From an uncultured Gammaproteobacteria bacterium (GTDB taxonomy: Bacteria; Patescibacteriota; Microgenomatia; UBA10105; UBA927), in the NCBI GenBank assembly GCA_964573695.1, contig CAZNKB010000005.1, forward strand, positions 46,012-110,011: a DNA stretch of 64,000 bases. Reading direction: 5' to 3'. The position numbers and the translations under genes are program-made. Below the pieces are notes generated by a model, which was not told the origin of the DNA, ran no database searches, and was given only the letters and a program-made list of their open reading frames with translations. Below are positions 9,655 to 18,733 of this stretch, one piece after another (positions within the stretch are counted from its first letter, which is position 1; each line of letters starts with the position of its first letter).

Positions 9655-9888
9655 ATGAGTGGTAATCAGGAGCGGAGACCACACCCGTCACTACGAGGCA
9701 TACAAGCGTATTTGGATCTTGTGTATGAACATATAGAAGAAGTCGCTTCCGGGCGCCGGATTATGTTTGGTCACGGTAGATTGAGTACGCACGTACCTCA
9801 TCGCCGAACGAAGATCCAAACAGTTCGGGACGAGCTTAGCAATAGGCACGAGAAAGGATCTGATCCGAAAAGTGGACCTGCTACATAA
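9655..9888 (+). CDS. Hypothetical small protein
   Basis: Strong SD (GGAGGTG) about 10 nt upstream of the ATG at 9655. No similarity recognised. Competes with an antisense ORF at 9691-9906. Confidence 0.3.
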   Translation: MSGNQERRPHPSLRGIQAYLDLVYEHIEEVASGRRIMFGHGRLSTHVPHRRTKIQTVRDELSNRHEKGSDPKSGPAT

Positions 9889-9926
9889 GCGTTGCATTTG
9901 CCCCATGCTAGCTGGGGTAGATGCAG

Positions 9927-10322
9927 TTACAAAGCAATGATTTCAGGAAGCGGGGTTTCCTTCGGAACAAACCGAATCGAGAGTGAATTGACACAGTGCC
10001 GCGTGTTTTTGGGCGTATACCGTTCACCGGTAAAAACGTGCCCCAGGTGTCCATCGCAGTTACTACACCTGATTTCTACCCGATGTCCGTCGGGGTCAGG
10101 GAGCCTGCGCAGCGCATCAGGAAAATTGTCATCGAATGCGGGCCAGCCACATCCGGCGTCGAATTTCGCTTGGGAAGTGAAAAGCAGAGCGTTACATCGT
10201 CTGCAAATATACGTCCCTTCTTTGACAAAATTATCATACTCGCCGCTAAAAGGAGCTTCCGTTCCCCGGTTCACTATGACATAGGATTCTTCGTCAGAGA
10301 GAGGATTATACGCGGGTTTCAT
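9927..10322 (-). CDS. msrB: Peptide methionine-(R)-S-oxide reductase MsrB
   Basis: SelR domain with CGWPAF, zinc-ligand pairs CRRC/CSNC and the catalytic RCSNCDGHLGHVF. Confidence 0.9.
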   Translation of the reverse strand: MKPAYNPLSDEESYVIVNRGTEAPFSGEYDNFVKEGTYICRRCNALLFTSQAKFDAGCGWPAFDDNFPDALRRLPDPDGHRVEIRCSNCDGHLGHVFTGERYTPKNTRHCVNSLSIRFVPKETPLPEIIAL

Positions 10323-10329
10323 GAGGATA

Positions 10330-10953
10330 TTATACGTTGCGCTGCTTTCTGGTGGCTACACCCATGAGTGTGAACCAAAAAATGACGGGAACAGCGATCA
10401 TTTTCTGGAATATTCCGCGATACCCAAGTCCAATTCCCAAGACAAAAAACAGAAACCACGCGATGCTTGCTACAAAACACGCATAACCGATGACGGTCGT
10501 AAGTGTACTATACATTTTATAATGAGGCTCCGAAGCCAATATCCGGGCAAGCCGGCGGATACCGAGCGGGGAAGAAACGAGGAACAGAATAACCGCGCCC
10601 GCGTGCACGAGTCCCACCGGAGTGTAAAGAGATAGCCGGAGCGGCACGTTTTCTATAGGGTCGGTCGGCGCAAGGGCGGCAACGGTAAGAAATAAGCCAC
10701 AGAGGAAAAATATAGTGCGAGCAGCTACCCGGGACGATGATGTTTTGAGACTTTTGGATAGCGTATTGCCAAGAAGGGTGACGCCTGCGGCAAGCTGCAA
10801 AAAATTGAGTGACTGTATCCAGCCGTATTTTTCTATGGCGAGCCTACTTATCGTGTGGTTGATATGGTTGTAGCCCGGAGTCAAGAAACCAAGAATGACT
10901 ACCACGCAAGCAAACAATAGGGGACTTATCACCGGAAACGTCTGTATAAACAT
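10330..10953 (-). CDS. Hypothetical polytopic membrane protein
   Basis: About six predicted TM helices. Its stop lies 8 nt upstream of the msrB start (operon-like). Confidence 0.5.
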   Translation of the reverse strand: MFIQTFPVISPLLFACVVVILGFLTPGYNHINHTISRLAIEKYGWIQSLNFLQLAAGVTLLGNTLSKSLKTSSSRVAARTIFFLCGLFLTVAALAPTDPIENVPLRLSLYTPVGLVHAGAVILFLVSSPLGIRRLARILASEPHYKMYSTLTTVIGYACFVASIAWFLFFVLGIGLGYRGIFQKMIAVPVIFWFTLMGVATRKQRNV

Positions 10954-10969
10954 AGGCAGTGCGTGATTG

Positions 10970-12151
10970 TTAGATTAGGCGTTTACTGCGCATCTGGCGG
11001 TACGTCGCCTGTTTCTCAAAGAGAAGGGCCCCTGTGGCGATAAGGACAAAAACCGCTCTGGCAAGCCAGCCTAAGACCGGAATCATGGTGAATATCGCAA
11101 GCGCGATAAGCCCTACGAAAAGCTGCCACCCGCGGGCAACGTCAGCCTTAAAGCCGGTGAACACCTTTTCTCCGATATATACTGCCGCATAAATGTGCCC
11201 GACAACACAAAGCAGCGCGAGTGCCATAAAGAGAAACACTCCGACCGGGATGCCGACTACCGTCATCATGGCCATGACGGCTAGAATCGGCAACACGATT
11301 GTCGTGACGATAGCAAGCCCGAATGATCCCCAGGGATTTTTCTGCATTCCGCGGATCGTTCTATCGCTAAATGCAGGCAGTAAAGCCATAATGATCAGGC
11401 CCAATATAAACATCGCGATTACTCCGACAATCGCCATCATGATCGCCATGCCGGCAAACGCGACACTAAGCGCTTTGAGCCCCCCTTTGGCAACCTCTGC
11501 CTGTTTCGCTTCGTTTTTTGGCATTTCATGGTAGACAAGTTCGCCCGATAGCGCGACATTGTCGGCGATTGAAGCTTTTTGTTGACTCCAGTAGGTGATA
11601 TTGCCGGCAACTTTTGTTTTGGACTGCATAATGAACTCATCAGATGCGACAAGCATATCCCCGCCGACAGCGTCGTTTATAGTGAGGGATCCTGCTCCAG
11701 CAGTGATTCCTCGTCCGACCGGCGCGAAAACACCGATATTACCGGCTCCGGCCAACACGCTTCCGGCGATTTTGGCTTCCGGACTTATCATGACCGTGCC
11801 ACCACCCAGGGTGACGTTTCCTCCTACGGTACTTCCCAGCGTAAGCGAGCCGCCTACTACCCGGATGTCGTTTTTGACCGGTCCACTTATCTGTATGGTG
11901 CCTGCGGCCGCGATGAGGTCGCCATTAACAATTCCGTCAATCACGACGGAGCCCCCGGCGACATAGACATCTCCATTGACGGTTCCGGACACCCGGACAG
12001 TGTCACCTGCAGCGAAGTAGTCTTTGTTGATGACTTCTTTGCGTTCTAGTACTACGGAGTTTTGTTGAGGGGCGTCATCTGCGTGGGCTGCGCGCGCGAA
12101 AAATGTGACGGAAAGCAAGACGAGGACCAGAATTTTTGCAAATAATTTCAT
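10970..12151 (-). CDS. Secreted beta-helix (bactofilin/polymer-forming-like) repeat domain fused to a C-terminal polytopic membrane domain
   Basis: Signal peptide MKLFAKILVLVLLSVTFFARAAHA. About 200 aa of G-x-V/I-x-G repeats (VSGTVNGDVYVAGGSVVIDGIVNGD...), then four to five TM helices. Confidence 0.55.
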   Translation of the reverse strand: MKLFAKILVLVLLSVTFFARAAHADDAPQQNSVVLERKEVINKDYFAAGDTVRVSGTVNGDVYVAGGSVVIDGIVNGDLIAAAGTIQISGPVKNDIRVVGGSLTLGSTVGGNVTLGGGTVMISPEAKIAGSVLAGAGNIGVFAPVGRGITAGAGSLTINDAVGGDMLVASDEFIMQSKTKVAGNITYWSQQKASIADNVALSGELVYHEMPKNEAKQAEVAKGGLKALSVAFAGMAIMMAIVGVIAMFILGLIIMALLPAFSDRTIRGMQKNPWGSFGLAIVTTIVLPILAVMAMMTVVGIPVGVFLFMALALLCVVGHIYAAVYIGEKVFTGFKADVARGWQLFVGLIALAIFTMIPVLGWLARAVFVLIATGALLFEKQATYRQMRSKRLI

Positions 12152-12296
12152 ATGAACCCCTCTCTATATTTCACGATACACAATGTGAAAACTATTGTAA
12201 ATAGCCTTATATGATCTAAGGGCACATCCGGGGTGAACGGCTGTTACGATTTTGGGCAGTGTAACAATTACTATCCGGTTTTGATACAATTTGCAG

Positions 12297-13271
12297 ATGA
12301 TTTGGAACACGTTACCACGTCCGTTTCTCATGCTCGCCCCACTTGAAGGAGTAGCAGACACGGTGTTTCGGCAGATCGTCGCCTCTACGGCCAAGCCGGA
12401 TGTTTTTGTAACCGAATTTACATCCGCTGACGGATTTTGTTCGCCTGGGAGAAAAGCGGTGGAGGAAAACTTCGTATTTACCCCCGTGGAACAGCCGATT
12501 ATCGCCCAAATATGGGGTCAGAATCCGGAAACGATCTACGAAACCGCCAAAACGGTTGCCGGCATGGGATTTGCCGGCATAGACATAAATATGGGATGCC
12601 CGGACAGAACGGTTATGGCTCATGGCGGTGGTGCCGCGATGATAGATACGCCGGACATTGCGGCCAAGGTAATCGCCGCGGCAAAAGCCGGCATACAGGA
12701 TAGCGGCACAGAAATTCCGCTGAGTGTGAAAACGCGTATCGGAATCAGACGAATACTCACCGAATCCTGGATCAGTTTTTTGCTGGAACAGGACATTAGC
12801 GCGTTAGCGGTGCATGGCAGAACTGCCGCAGAATTATCCAAAGTTCCGGCCCACTGGGATGAAATCGCAAAAGCAGTATCTATCCGTGACGCGATGAAGA
12901 TAAAAACGGTGATAGTGGGCAACGGAGACGTAAGAGACGCCAAAGACGCTCAGGAGAAACAGAGAAGATATGGCGTGGACGGGGTGATGATCGGCAGAGG
13001 TATATTTGCCAACCCTTGGGCATTTGACCGGGCAGAAAATCCACACACGGCAACACCGTCGGAATTGTTAGATGTCATGGAGCGGCATATTAGGTTATTT
13101 GCCAAAACTTGGGGGGAAAGGAAAAATTACGCGACGCTCAAAAAATTCTATAAAATATACGTGAATGGATTTCATGGCGCGACGGAGTGGCGTGTTCGGG
13201 CCATGGCGACAAAAAATTCCGAAGAAATACTGCATATGTTGCCTGAGCTTCGGTTGAAAGCCCGACTGTAA
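12297..13271 (+). CDS. dus: tRNA-dihydrouridine synthase
   Basis: LAPLEGVADTVFRQ motif and TIM-barrel FMN-site residues (K...HGR). ATG at 12297; the ORF track starts at a TTG at 12291. Confidence 0.9.
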   Translation: MIWNTLPRPFLMLAPLEGVADTVFRQIVASTAKPDVFVTEFTSADGFCSPGRKAVEENFVFTPVEQPIIAQIWGQNPETIYETAKTVAGMGFAGIDINMGCPDRTVMAHGGGAAMIDTPDIAAKVIAAAKAGIQDSGTEIPLSVKTRIGIRRILTESWISFLLEQDISALAVHGRTAAELSKVPAHWDEIAKAVSIRDAMKIKTVIVGNGDVRDAKDAQEKQRRYGVDGVMIGRGIFANPWAFDRAENPHTATPSELLDVMERHIRLFAKTWGERKNYATLKKFYKIYVNGFHGATEWRVRAMATKNSEEILHMLPELRLKARL

Positions 13272-13290
13272 CCAATGATACAATGGTTAC

Positions 13291-14004
13291 ATGATACGAA
13301 AAGACGATGTCCTGCAGTATGCGTTTTCCGCGTTGTTTTCCCTTTTGCTTATTCTTGGTCTTTATGCCGTAGAGTCGTATACTTCCGGAGAATCAGGGCT
13401 GTCCGTATTGAATGTGAGTTTGGCGGCAGGGACACTTTTTCTCCTTGGGTTCGTTCTTCTCTTAGGGCCTCTTTCGCGAATGTTTGCCGTATTTGATTGG
13501 GCGTTTAAATATCGCAAAGAACTTGGCATCATGGCATTTATAACCGCGACTGTCCATGTGTATCTTGCCATGTTTCCGCTTGCCAGAAATGGTCCGTGGG
13601 GACTGTACCGGGCGAGGCCTTTTTCCGCCTATCCGGGACTCGAGGCGCTTATAGTGCTGCTTGTCCTTTTTCTGTTGTCTTCAAATTGGGCGACAAAGAT
13701 GTTGGGAGCCAAACTTTGGTGGCAGATACAGTATTGGGGAGCGAGACTTGCGTTTGTATTGGTTTGTGCACACGTCATTATCCTCAAGTACAAAACGATA
13801 ATGCTCTGGGTGATCCCGGGGAGCGAGACGGTAATTTCGGGTGTGTATGCGCCTCCGCTTGTCGTATGGGAGGCGCAGTTTATCCTGCTTGTATTTGTGA
13901 TCCGCCTGTCGGAACTCTTCGGTCCCAAGGCATCACGGATCATCACTCAGGTTGCCACAGCAAGCGTGCTTTCTGTCATTGTCTGGTCGACTTTTTTGCG
14001 ATAG
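13291..14004 (+). CDS. Ferric-reductase-like transmembrane domain protein (MsrQ/YedZ-like heme-b membrane protein, putative)
   Basis: Six TM helices with His in helices 3 and 5 (TATVHVYLAMFP, LVCAHVIIL), as in FRD/MsrQ bis-heme sites. Confidence 0.45.
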   Translation: MIRKDDVLQYAFSALFSLLLILGLYAVESYTSGESGLSVLNVSLAAGTLFLLGFVLLLGPLSRMFAVFDWAFKYRKELGIMAFITATVHVYLAMFPLARNGPWGLYRARPFSAYPGLEALIVLLVLFLLSSNWATKMLGAKLWWQIQYWGARLAFVLVCAHVIILKYKTIMLWVIPGSETVISGVYAPPLVVWEAQFILLVFVIRLSELFGPKASRIITQVATASVLSVIVWSTFLR

Positions 14005-14046
14005 GGAGTATCTGGCGGGGTAGAACATCCTTGCATTCTGGTTTCG

Positions 14047-14337
14047 GTGGTGTATGATAGCTATATGTTGGATCACATGATCCGTCATCATAAGTTATTC
14101 TTCGTTTACCTCATTCTTTTCTTTTTCGTCGGGGCTGTCGATATATTTAACCTCGACCGGCTGACCTACAAAGCAGTATGCGATATGGTATCTCCCGTGT
14201 CCGGCAGTCCGTGCCCGCCGTTTTATGACATCCCGATCTGGAACGTGTATCTTTCGCTTGCCGTGCTTGCGGGACTATATCATGTCCATGACGAGATTCG
14301 CACGTCAAACAAACATCTGTCCTCGCATAAGCACTGA
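14047..14337 (+). CDS. Hypothetical small membrane protein
   Basis: Two predicted TM helices and His-rich termini. Confidence 0.3.
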   Translation: MVYDSYMLDHMIRHHKLFFVYLILFFFVGAVDIFNLDRLTYKAVCDMVSPVSGSPCPPFYDIPIWNVYLSLAVLAGLYHVHDEIRTSNKHLSSHKH

Positions 14338-14345
14338 TTATTCCT

Positions 14346-14861
14346 ATGGAAGAAAAACCTCTGGGTAGTGTCACCAAGAAGAAAGTCGGTTGCGGACCGG
14401 CAATTATTTTCGGCATTATCCTGGTACTTTTGATAGGTGTCGGATCCAATGAAGCACTTGGGCATTATATGTCCGAATGTCGCGATGCAGAAGATATCAT
14501 GGATTGTATGCTTGATTGGTCAGAGGAGCCGGTACCGGAAGGATCCGCGACAGCCACAGGAACATATACGTATCAGGATTACAGCGTTACCCTTGTTTTA
14601 CATATTCCCCTCGAAGGGGGAGCAGTTACCGGTACGATTTCGGGAGCGTGCGACGGCACGGCGAAGGGTACGTATAACGGACAAGACAACGGGGCGATTA
14701 CCGGAACAATCTCTGGCGCATGTGACCCGTTTTTTGTGAAGGTACCGGCGAGCGCGACGTATAACGGGGTGGTAAACAAAGGTACGAAAGCCGTTCCTAT
14801 TAGTTTTACCGGCCAGGGAGCTGGGGTTACCCACGACGGCTCCATGTCTCTCTCATACTAA
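14346..14861 (+). CDS. Hypothetical membrane-anchored protein with an internal tandem repeat
   Basis: N-terminal TM segment. Duplicated segment GAVTGTISGACDGTAKGTYNGQDNGAITGTISGACDPF. Confidence 0.4.
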   Translation: MEEKPLGSVTKKKVGCGPAIIFGIILVLLIGVGSNEALGHYMSECRDAEDIMDCMLDWSEEPVPEGSATATGTYTYQDYSVTLVLHIPLEGGAVTGTISGACDGTAKGTYNGQDNGAITGTISGACDPFFVKVPASATYNGVVNKGTKAVPISFTGQGAGVTHDGSMSLSY

Positions 14862-14887
14862 CCCCTTCACACCTCCGATGTGTGAAG

Positions 14888-15121
14888 CTAGACTCCCTTG
14901 ATTTCTAACCGTTTGTTTTTCGATTTATGGCCGGAAAGGAGGGTGACGGCATTTTTCTTTATCCCGAAGTGTAAAGCAAGCGCTTCTATCACCGCTTGAT
15001 TAGCTCGGTCTTCTAATGGCGGCGCGTTCACGTACACATGCAGCATGCCGGTCAGGTCTTCTTCTATCCTCGGGCGTTTGTTATTTGGGTGCGTGATGAC
15101 GGAGATAGTCATTTCATCCAC
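14888..15121 (-). CDS. DUF167/YggU-like small protein
   Basis: 77 aa with the pattern V.V.A.P..G.AN.A..E.LA..FG..K..V.LL.G..S..K...I. It overlaps the RuBisCO 3' end by 13 nt. Confidence 0.55.
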   Translation of the reverse strand: MDEMTISVITHPNNKRPRIEEDLTGMLHVYVNAPPLEDRANQAVIEALALHFGIKKNAVTLLSGHKSKNKRLEIKGV

Positions 15122-16368
15122 TTTTCCAGTGCGCGCTTGAGTTCAGGACTGTCTTTGGCTTCCGCAAGCGGAATTCCTGTGAGCGTTGCTTTGAGTGACT
15201 GGACGATCGCGCGTGCTCCCGCCGGGGTGCCGTCCGGATGACCGTGGATGCCGCCGCCGAAATTCATAAGCAGGTCTTTGCCCAGGATAGCCACAAGATC
15301 GGGAATATGCCCCGGGTGCAGTCCGCCGGAGGCGGTGGGGAGCGTCGTTTTGAGTCCGTACCATTCGCTTCTTAGGAAATCGTTGATTGCGACTACTTCC
15401 TCTTTGCCGCCTTCCATTTTGCCGACGACCGTTCCCGTGTGGAACGAGTCGATGCCCGCAAGTCTCGCGAGTTTCGCAATCACGAGCATGGAAATGCCGT
15501 ACTGGCGGGAGCGGGTAAATGCAGCGTGCATTGCCCGATGCCCATGGATCATGAGTCCATAATTCCGGTTGCGTATGCCTTGGGTTGCTGCAAATCCAGC
15601 GGTGAGTACATCGATCATCAGGCAGTTGGCGCCACTATCCCGCACATAATTTGCGCGTTTCATCATTTCTTCGTAGCTTGCCGTGATATTGAATGCATGT
15701 ACTTTGGCGTTACCGATTTCGAGATAGTTTTTTTCCTTCATGCGGCTGGTAACTTCGTCTACGCGTGTGTAAAAATTATCAAATGTCATGTTGGCAAGAT
15801 TCTCGTCGTCTTTCACCAGATTTACGCCGTTGTCCCATACTTCCATACATGCCTGTGCGTGGCGGACACTGGTAAGTCCCAATTTGGGTTTGATAATGGA
15901 GCCGGTGAGCGGACCGTCTTTGACTCCCGTAAGGTTACGTATGCCCTCGATGCCCAAAGCAGGGCCAGGAAACGCCTTGACAAACACTTCCGGAAATTCC
16001 AGGTCTTCGAGCCGGAGCCCCACGATTTCCTTTAGCCCGAATACATTGCCCGTTATGGAAGAGAGAAGCTGCGGAATACTTCCTGCCTCAAATAAGTCCA
16101 GTGGGTAGGCGATAGTAATCGAGCCGGATGTTTCGTCCATGGCAATTACCTTGGCATGAAGTTTGTCCCATATCTTTTTTTCCTCAAGTCCTATGTCCGT
16201 CCATGTGCCGACAGAGGATTCTGCAGCCACTCCGCCTGCTGTTTTGTCAAACGGCTCGCCCTCGACCTTGAGTGTAAAGGTAGCGATGATGTGTTTCGTC
16301 TTATCGACAGGCTCGTTAAGGGCGAGATAATGGATATACCGATTTGCCATAGTGCAGATATCTATCAT
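15109..16368 (-). CDS. rbcL: Ribulose-1,5-bisphosphate carboxylase large subunit, form II/III-like
   Basis: Motifs IIKPKLGL (carbamylated Lys), VKDDENL, GGGIHGHPDG and the catalytic loop residues. The start is uncertain: MIDICT at 16368 or MANRYI at 16350. Confidence 0.95.
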   Translation of the reverse strand: MIDICTMANRYIHYLALNEPVDKTKHIIATFTLKVEGEPFDKTAGGVAAESSVGTWTDIGLEEKKIWDKLHAKVIAMDETSGSITIAYPLDLFEAGSIPQLLSSITGNVFGLKEIVGLRLEDLEFPEVFVKAFPGPALGIEGIRNLTGVKDGPLTGSIIKPKLGLTSVRHAQACMEVWDNGVNLVKDDENLANMTFDNFYTRVDEVTSRMKEKNYLEIGNAKVHAFNITASYEEMMKRANYVRDSGANCLMIDVLTAGFAATQGIRNRNYGLMIHGHRAMHAAFTRSRQYGISMLVIAKLARLAGIDSFHTGTVVGKMEGGKEEVVAINDFLRSEWYGLKTTLPTASGGLHPGHIPDLVAILGKDLLMNFGGGIHGHPDGTPAGARAIVQSLKATLTGIPLAEAKDSPELKRALEKWMK

Positions 16369-17251
16369 ACCCCGTATCGAATATAAAAGGGTAGTGTTTG
16401 TTTGCGGCTTTTTTGATCTGTTTGCCCGTTAAGATTCCGGCTTCACAGATCACGCGGACATTACTCATGTAAGGCACATAATCGAAAGCAGGTGAATAAA
16501 ATTTAAGTGTTGTCGGCGCTGCTTCCCAAATTTCCTCAGAGCTTCTTGTTTCGATCATCGTAGGAGAAAATGGTGCAGGGTCATACTTGAGGAGCGTCGT
16601 GAGCACGTATACGGGGATATGTTTGCGTTTGGCAGCAGCCGTGACGGCAAGTGAGCCGATTTTGTTTACAAATCCCTTGTCATTTATAAGGTCCGCTCCG
16701 ATAAATACGGCATCTATTTTACCGACACGTCCCTCTATGAGAGAAACAGCCACGTCATCCACAGTCATGATGACGTCGTCAAAGCCGGCAGCCAAAAGTT
16801 CCGAAGCGGTGACTCTTCCTTGGAATCGCGGCCGGGTTTCGGCAACGTACAGAGAGAAATACGCACCCCGTTTTCGCGCGGCTTCAAACAGACGCACCGT
16901 GGTCGAGGAGTGGCAGAGAGTAAGATACACGCCGCCGTCGACTAAGAGTGGCACACCTACTTGCGGGATCGATAGTTTCCCTTTTTCTATATATATTTTG
17001 TATTCGGCGATACGTTTTTTGGCGTCCGCTGTGCATCCGCTGCTCACATACCGGACGGCGTTTTGCGCGAGCGGTTCCGTGGGACGGGCATAGGCCAGTG
17101 CCTCGCCAAGCCTCGTAAGTTCATAGCACGAAATTTCCGGCTGATCTTTGATCGCTTGACTGAGCGCGTCTAGGACGGCGATTGCGACATTGGTCGCTCC
17201 CTGTATCTTGAGGCTTTTGATGTCGGCAAGTATCTGGTCTTGGGGCAGCAT
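16316..17251 (-). CDS. Ribose-1,5-bisphosphate isomerase (eIF-2B alpha/beta/delta-like, e2b2)
   Basis: eIF2B-family fold pattern (GADLI..G.VNKIGS, KIDAVFIGAD). Sits directly upstream of, and overlaps, the RuBisCO gene, the classic AMP-salvage arrangement. Confidence 0.85.
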   Translation of the reverse strand: MLPQDQILADIKSLKIQGATNVAIAVLDALSQAIKDQPEISCYELTRLGEALAYARPTEPLAQNAVRYVSSGCTADAKKRIAEYKIYIEKGKLSIPQVGVPLLVDGGVYLTLCHSSTTVRLFEAARKRGAYFSLYVAETRPRFQGRVTASELLAAGFDDVIMTVDDVAVSLIEGRVGKIDAVFIGADLINDKGFVNKIGSLAVTAAAKRKHIPVYVLTTLLKYDPAPFSPTMIETRSSEEIWEAAPTTLKFYSPAFDYVPYMSNVRVICEAGILTGKQIKKAANKHYPFIFDTGYDRYLHYGKSVYPLSRP

Positions 17252-17334
17252 AGGGTTGCAACGTTATTGTAGACCGAAAAAATCTTCGGGGCAATCAGCG
17301 GTAGAATATTATTGGCGTCTGTGTAATGGGCGTC

Positions 17335-17649
17335 TTATTCTCCTGGAAATTTGAGGACGCCAGTAATAAATAAATCAATGCTGTGAAGCAACTGAAGCTG
17401 TGTTTCTCTTTGCCCCTTGAGTGGATCTCTTTTTCTATTATCCTGTCGCAGCTTTTGGATTTGTCTTTGATCCATTGACAGAACAGTTGTCACAATTTCT
17501 TCGAATTCGGATCTTGAATGACCCCATTGGCTTGCCCATGCTATTTTTGCTGGGGTCAGGAAGTGTGTCTGAAGGCGATCACGGTTAGCGTGAATAAAGC
17601 TAAGTTCGTCGTCTACGCTAATTCGTCGTGGTCTGTGGGACTCATTCAT
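17335..17649 (-). CDS. Hypothetical protein at the left end of the island
   Basis: 104-aa ORF of intermediate GC. No domain recognised. Confidence 0.35.
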   Translation of the reverse strand: MNESHRPRRISVDDELSFIHANRDRLQTHFLTPAKIAWASQWGHSRSEFEEIVTTVLSMDQRQIQKLRQDNRKRDPLKGQRETQLQLLHSIDLFITGVLKFPGE

Positions 17650-17920
17650 TTCACGATAATTATAGCATTAAGGGGTATTTGGACAATTGTTCCACCCATA
17701 CTTGGGGTGTGGATACGTTTAACACATGATACAATCTTGGAATGAATTTAAAAATCGGGATGCCACGACTTCTACTCGACATAACAGCCTCCCGTTTGAT
17801 TTGAAAATTAGACTACCTCCTCCCTGTAAGTCGAGAATTATTAATCAACGATTAGGTAATGGGCGAATAGTTAGCGCTGTGGTTCTTGAAGGTGAGCATT
17901 TATCCATTTCTGATTTTTAA

Positions 17921-18204
17921 TCAGTGCTTAGCAGGATTATAGGGATTAGATTGAGAAGGGTTAATTGCTTTCTTAGTTTGAATGTCGAATTGTAATCTTG
18001 TTGTTGTCTGATTTGAGATACTAGCGTTAGTACTCCCTTTAATTAATCCAACAACCTGAACACCGCCATCAACTCCTAGATTTTCATTAGCTATTACAGC
18101 TACATCAAATGAATTGTTCCTCTAACGCCAATAACTGAAGGCGACTCTGTTACCGCTTCATCTAAGTCTTTTACAGGTTCCTTAATGAAATTTTTTAGTT
18201 TCAT
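17921..18204 (-). pseudogene. Possible frameshifted small gene remnant
   Basis: ATG at 18204 gives 33 codons to a stop. An adjacent frame then continues for about 60 more codons to a TGA at 17921. Very AT-rich intergenic context. Confidence 0.2.
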
Positions 18205-18268
18205 TTTAGCCTATTAGAATAGTCTAAATGCAATAGTTGACGGTCTGTGAGATAATCTAAATAGGTAT

Positions 18269-18733
18269 ATGAGTAAATCACAACAATTATTATACTATAT
18301 CATTAAACAGAAACGCGTTGTTGAGGATAAGACTAAATTAGCAAAGATACAATATTTTGTTGATTTTATTCATTATGCCTTTCATAGCAATCCGGTATCT
18401 GACGAATCATTAGTTTACACTCGCCAAAAACAGGGTCCTTTGGCAAGGACTTTCGGTCAAGATATAGAGATGTTAAAAGATGCCGGATTTATTAAAGAGA
18501 GTCCGAAATATAATTATCAGGTGGCAAAAGACATTGATACCGATTTGACACCAGAAGAAAAAAAGACCGTTAAATTTGTTCTGAATAAATATGGTCAACT
18601 ATCATATAAGGAACTGATGGATATTTGTCATAATCAGGAACCATATTTATCTACACAGGATGGAGGTATAATTGAATATTTTACGGCATATAACCTCGTA
18701 GATTCATATCCCGATTATGCAGCCGCAAGTTAA
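18269..18733 (+). CDS. Panacea-domain (SocA/DUF4065-like) putative antitoxin
   Basis: KLAKIQYFVDFIHYAFHSNPVSDESLVYTRQKQGPLARTF matches the Panacea pattern (KLQKLLYY...G.pl.......W..GPV). Overlaps the next ORF by 17 nt. Confidence 0.5.
   Translation: MSKSQQLLYYIIKQKRVVEDKTKLAKIQYFVDFIHYAFHSNPVSDESLVYTRQKQGPLARTFGQDIEMLKDAGFIKESPKYNYQVAKDIDTDLTPEEKKTVKFVLNKYGQLSYKELMDICHNQEPYLSTQDGGIIEYFTAYNLVDSYPDYAAAS

Noticed and set aside
9691-9906. Minus-strand 71-aa ORF overlapping the small + ORF at 9655-9888
   Set aside because: No SD or promoter support. The + strand ORF has a strong GGAGGTG SD, though both remain low-confidence.
17252-17340. att-site direct repeats at the island boundaries
   Set aside because: No convincing shared core was visible by eye between the left (17.25-17.34 kb) and right (25.50-25.55 kb) junctions. 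Serine integrases need only a 2-bp crossover, so absence is uninformative.
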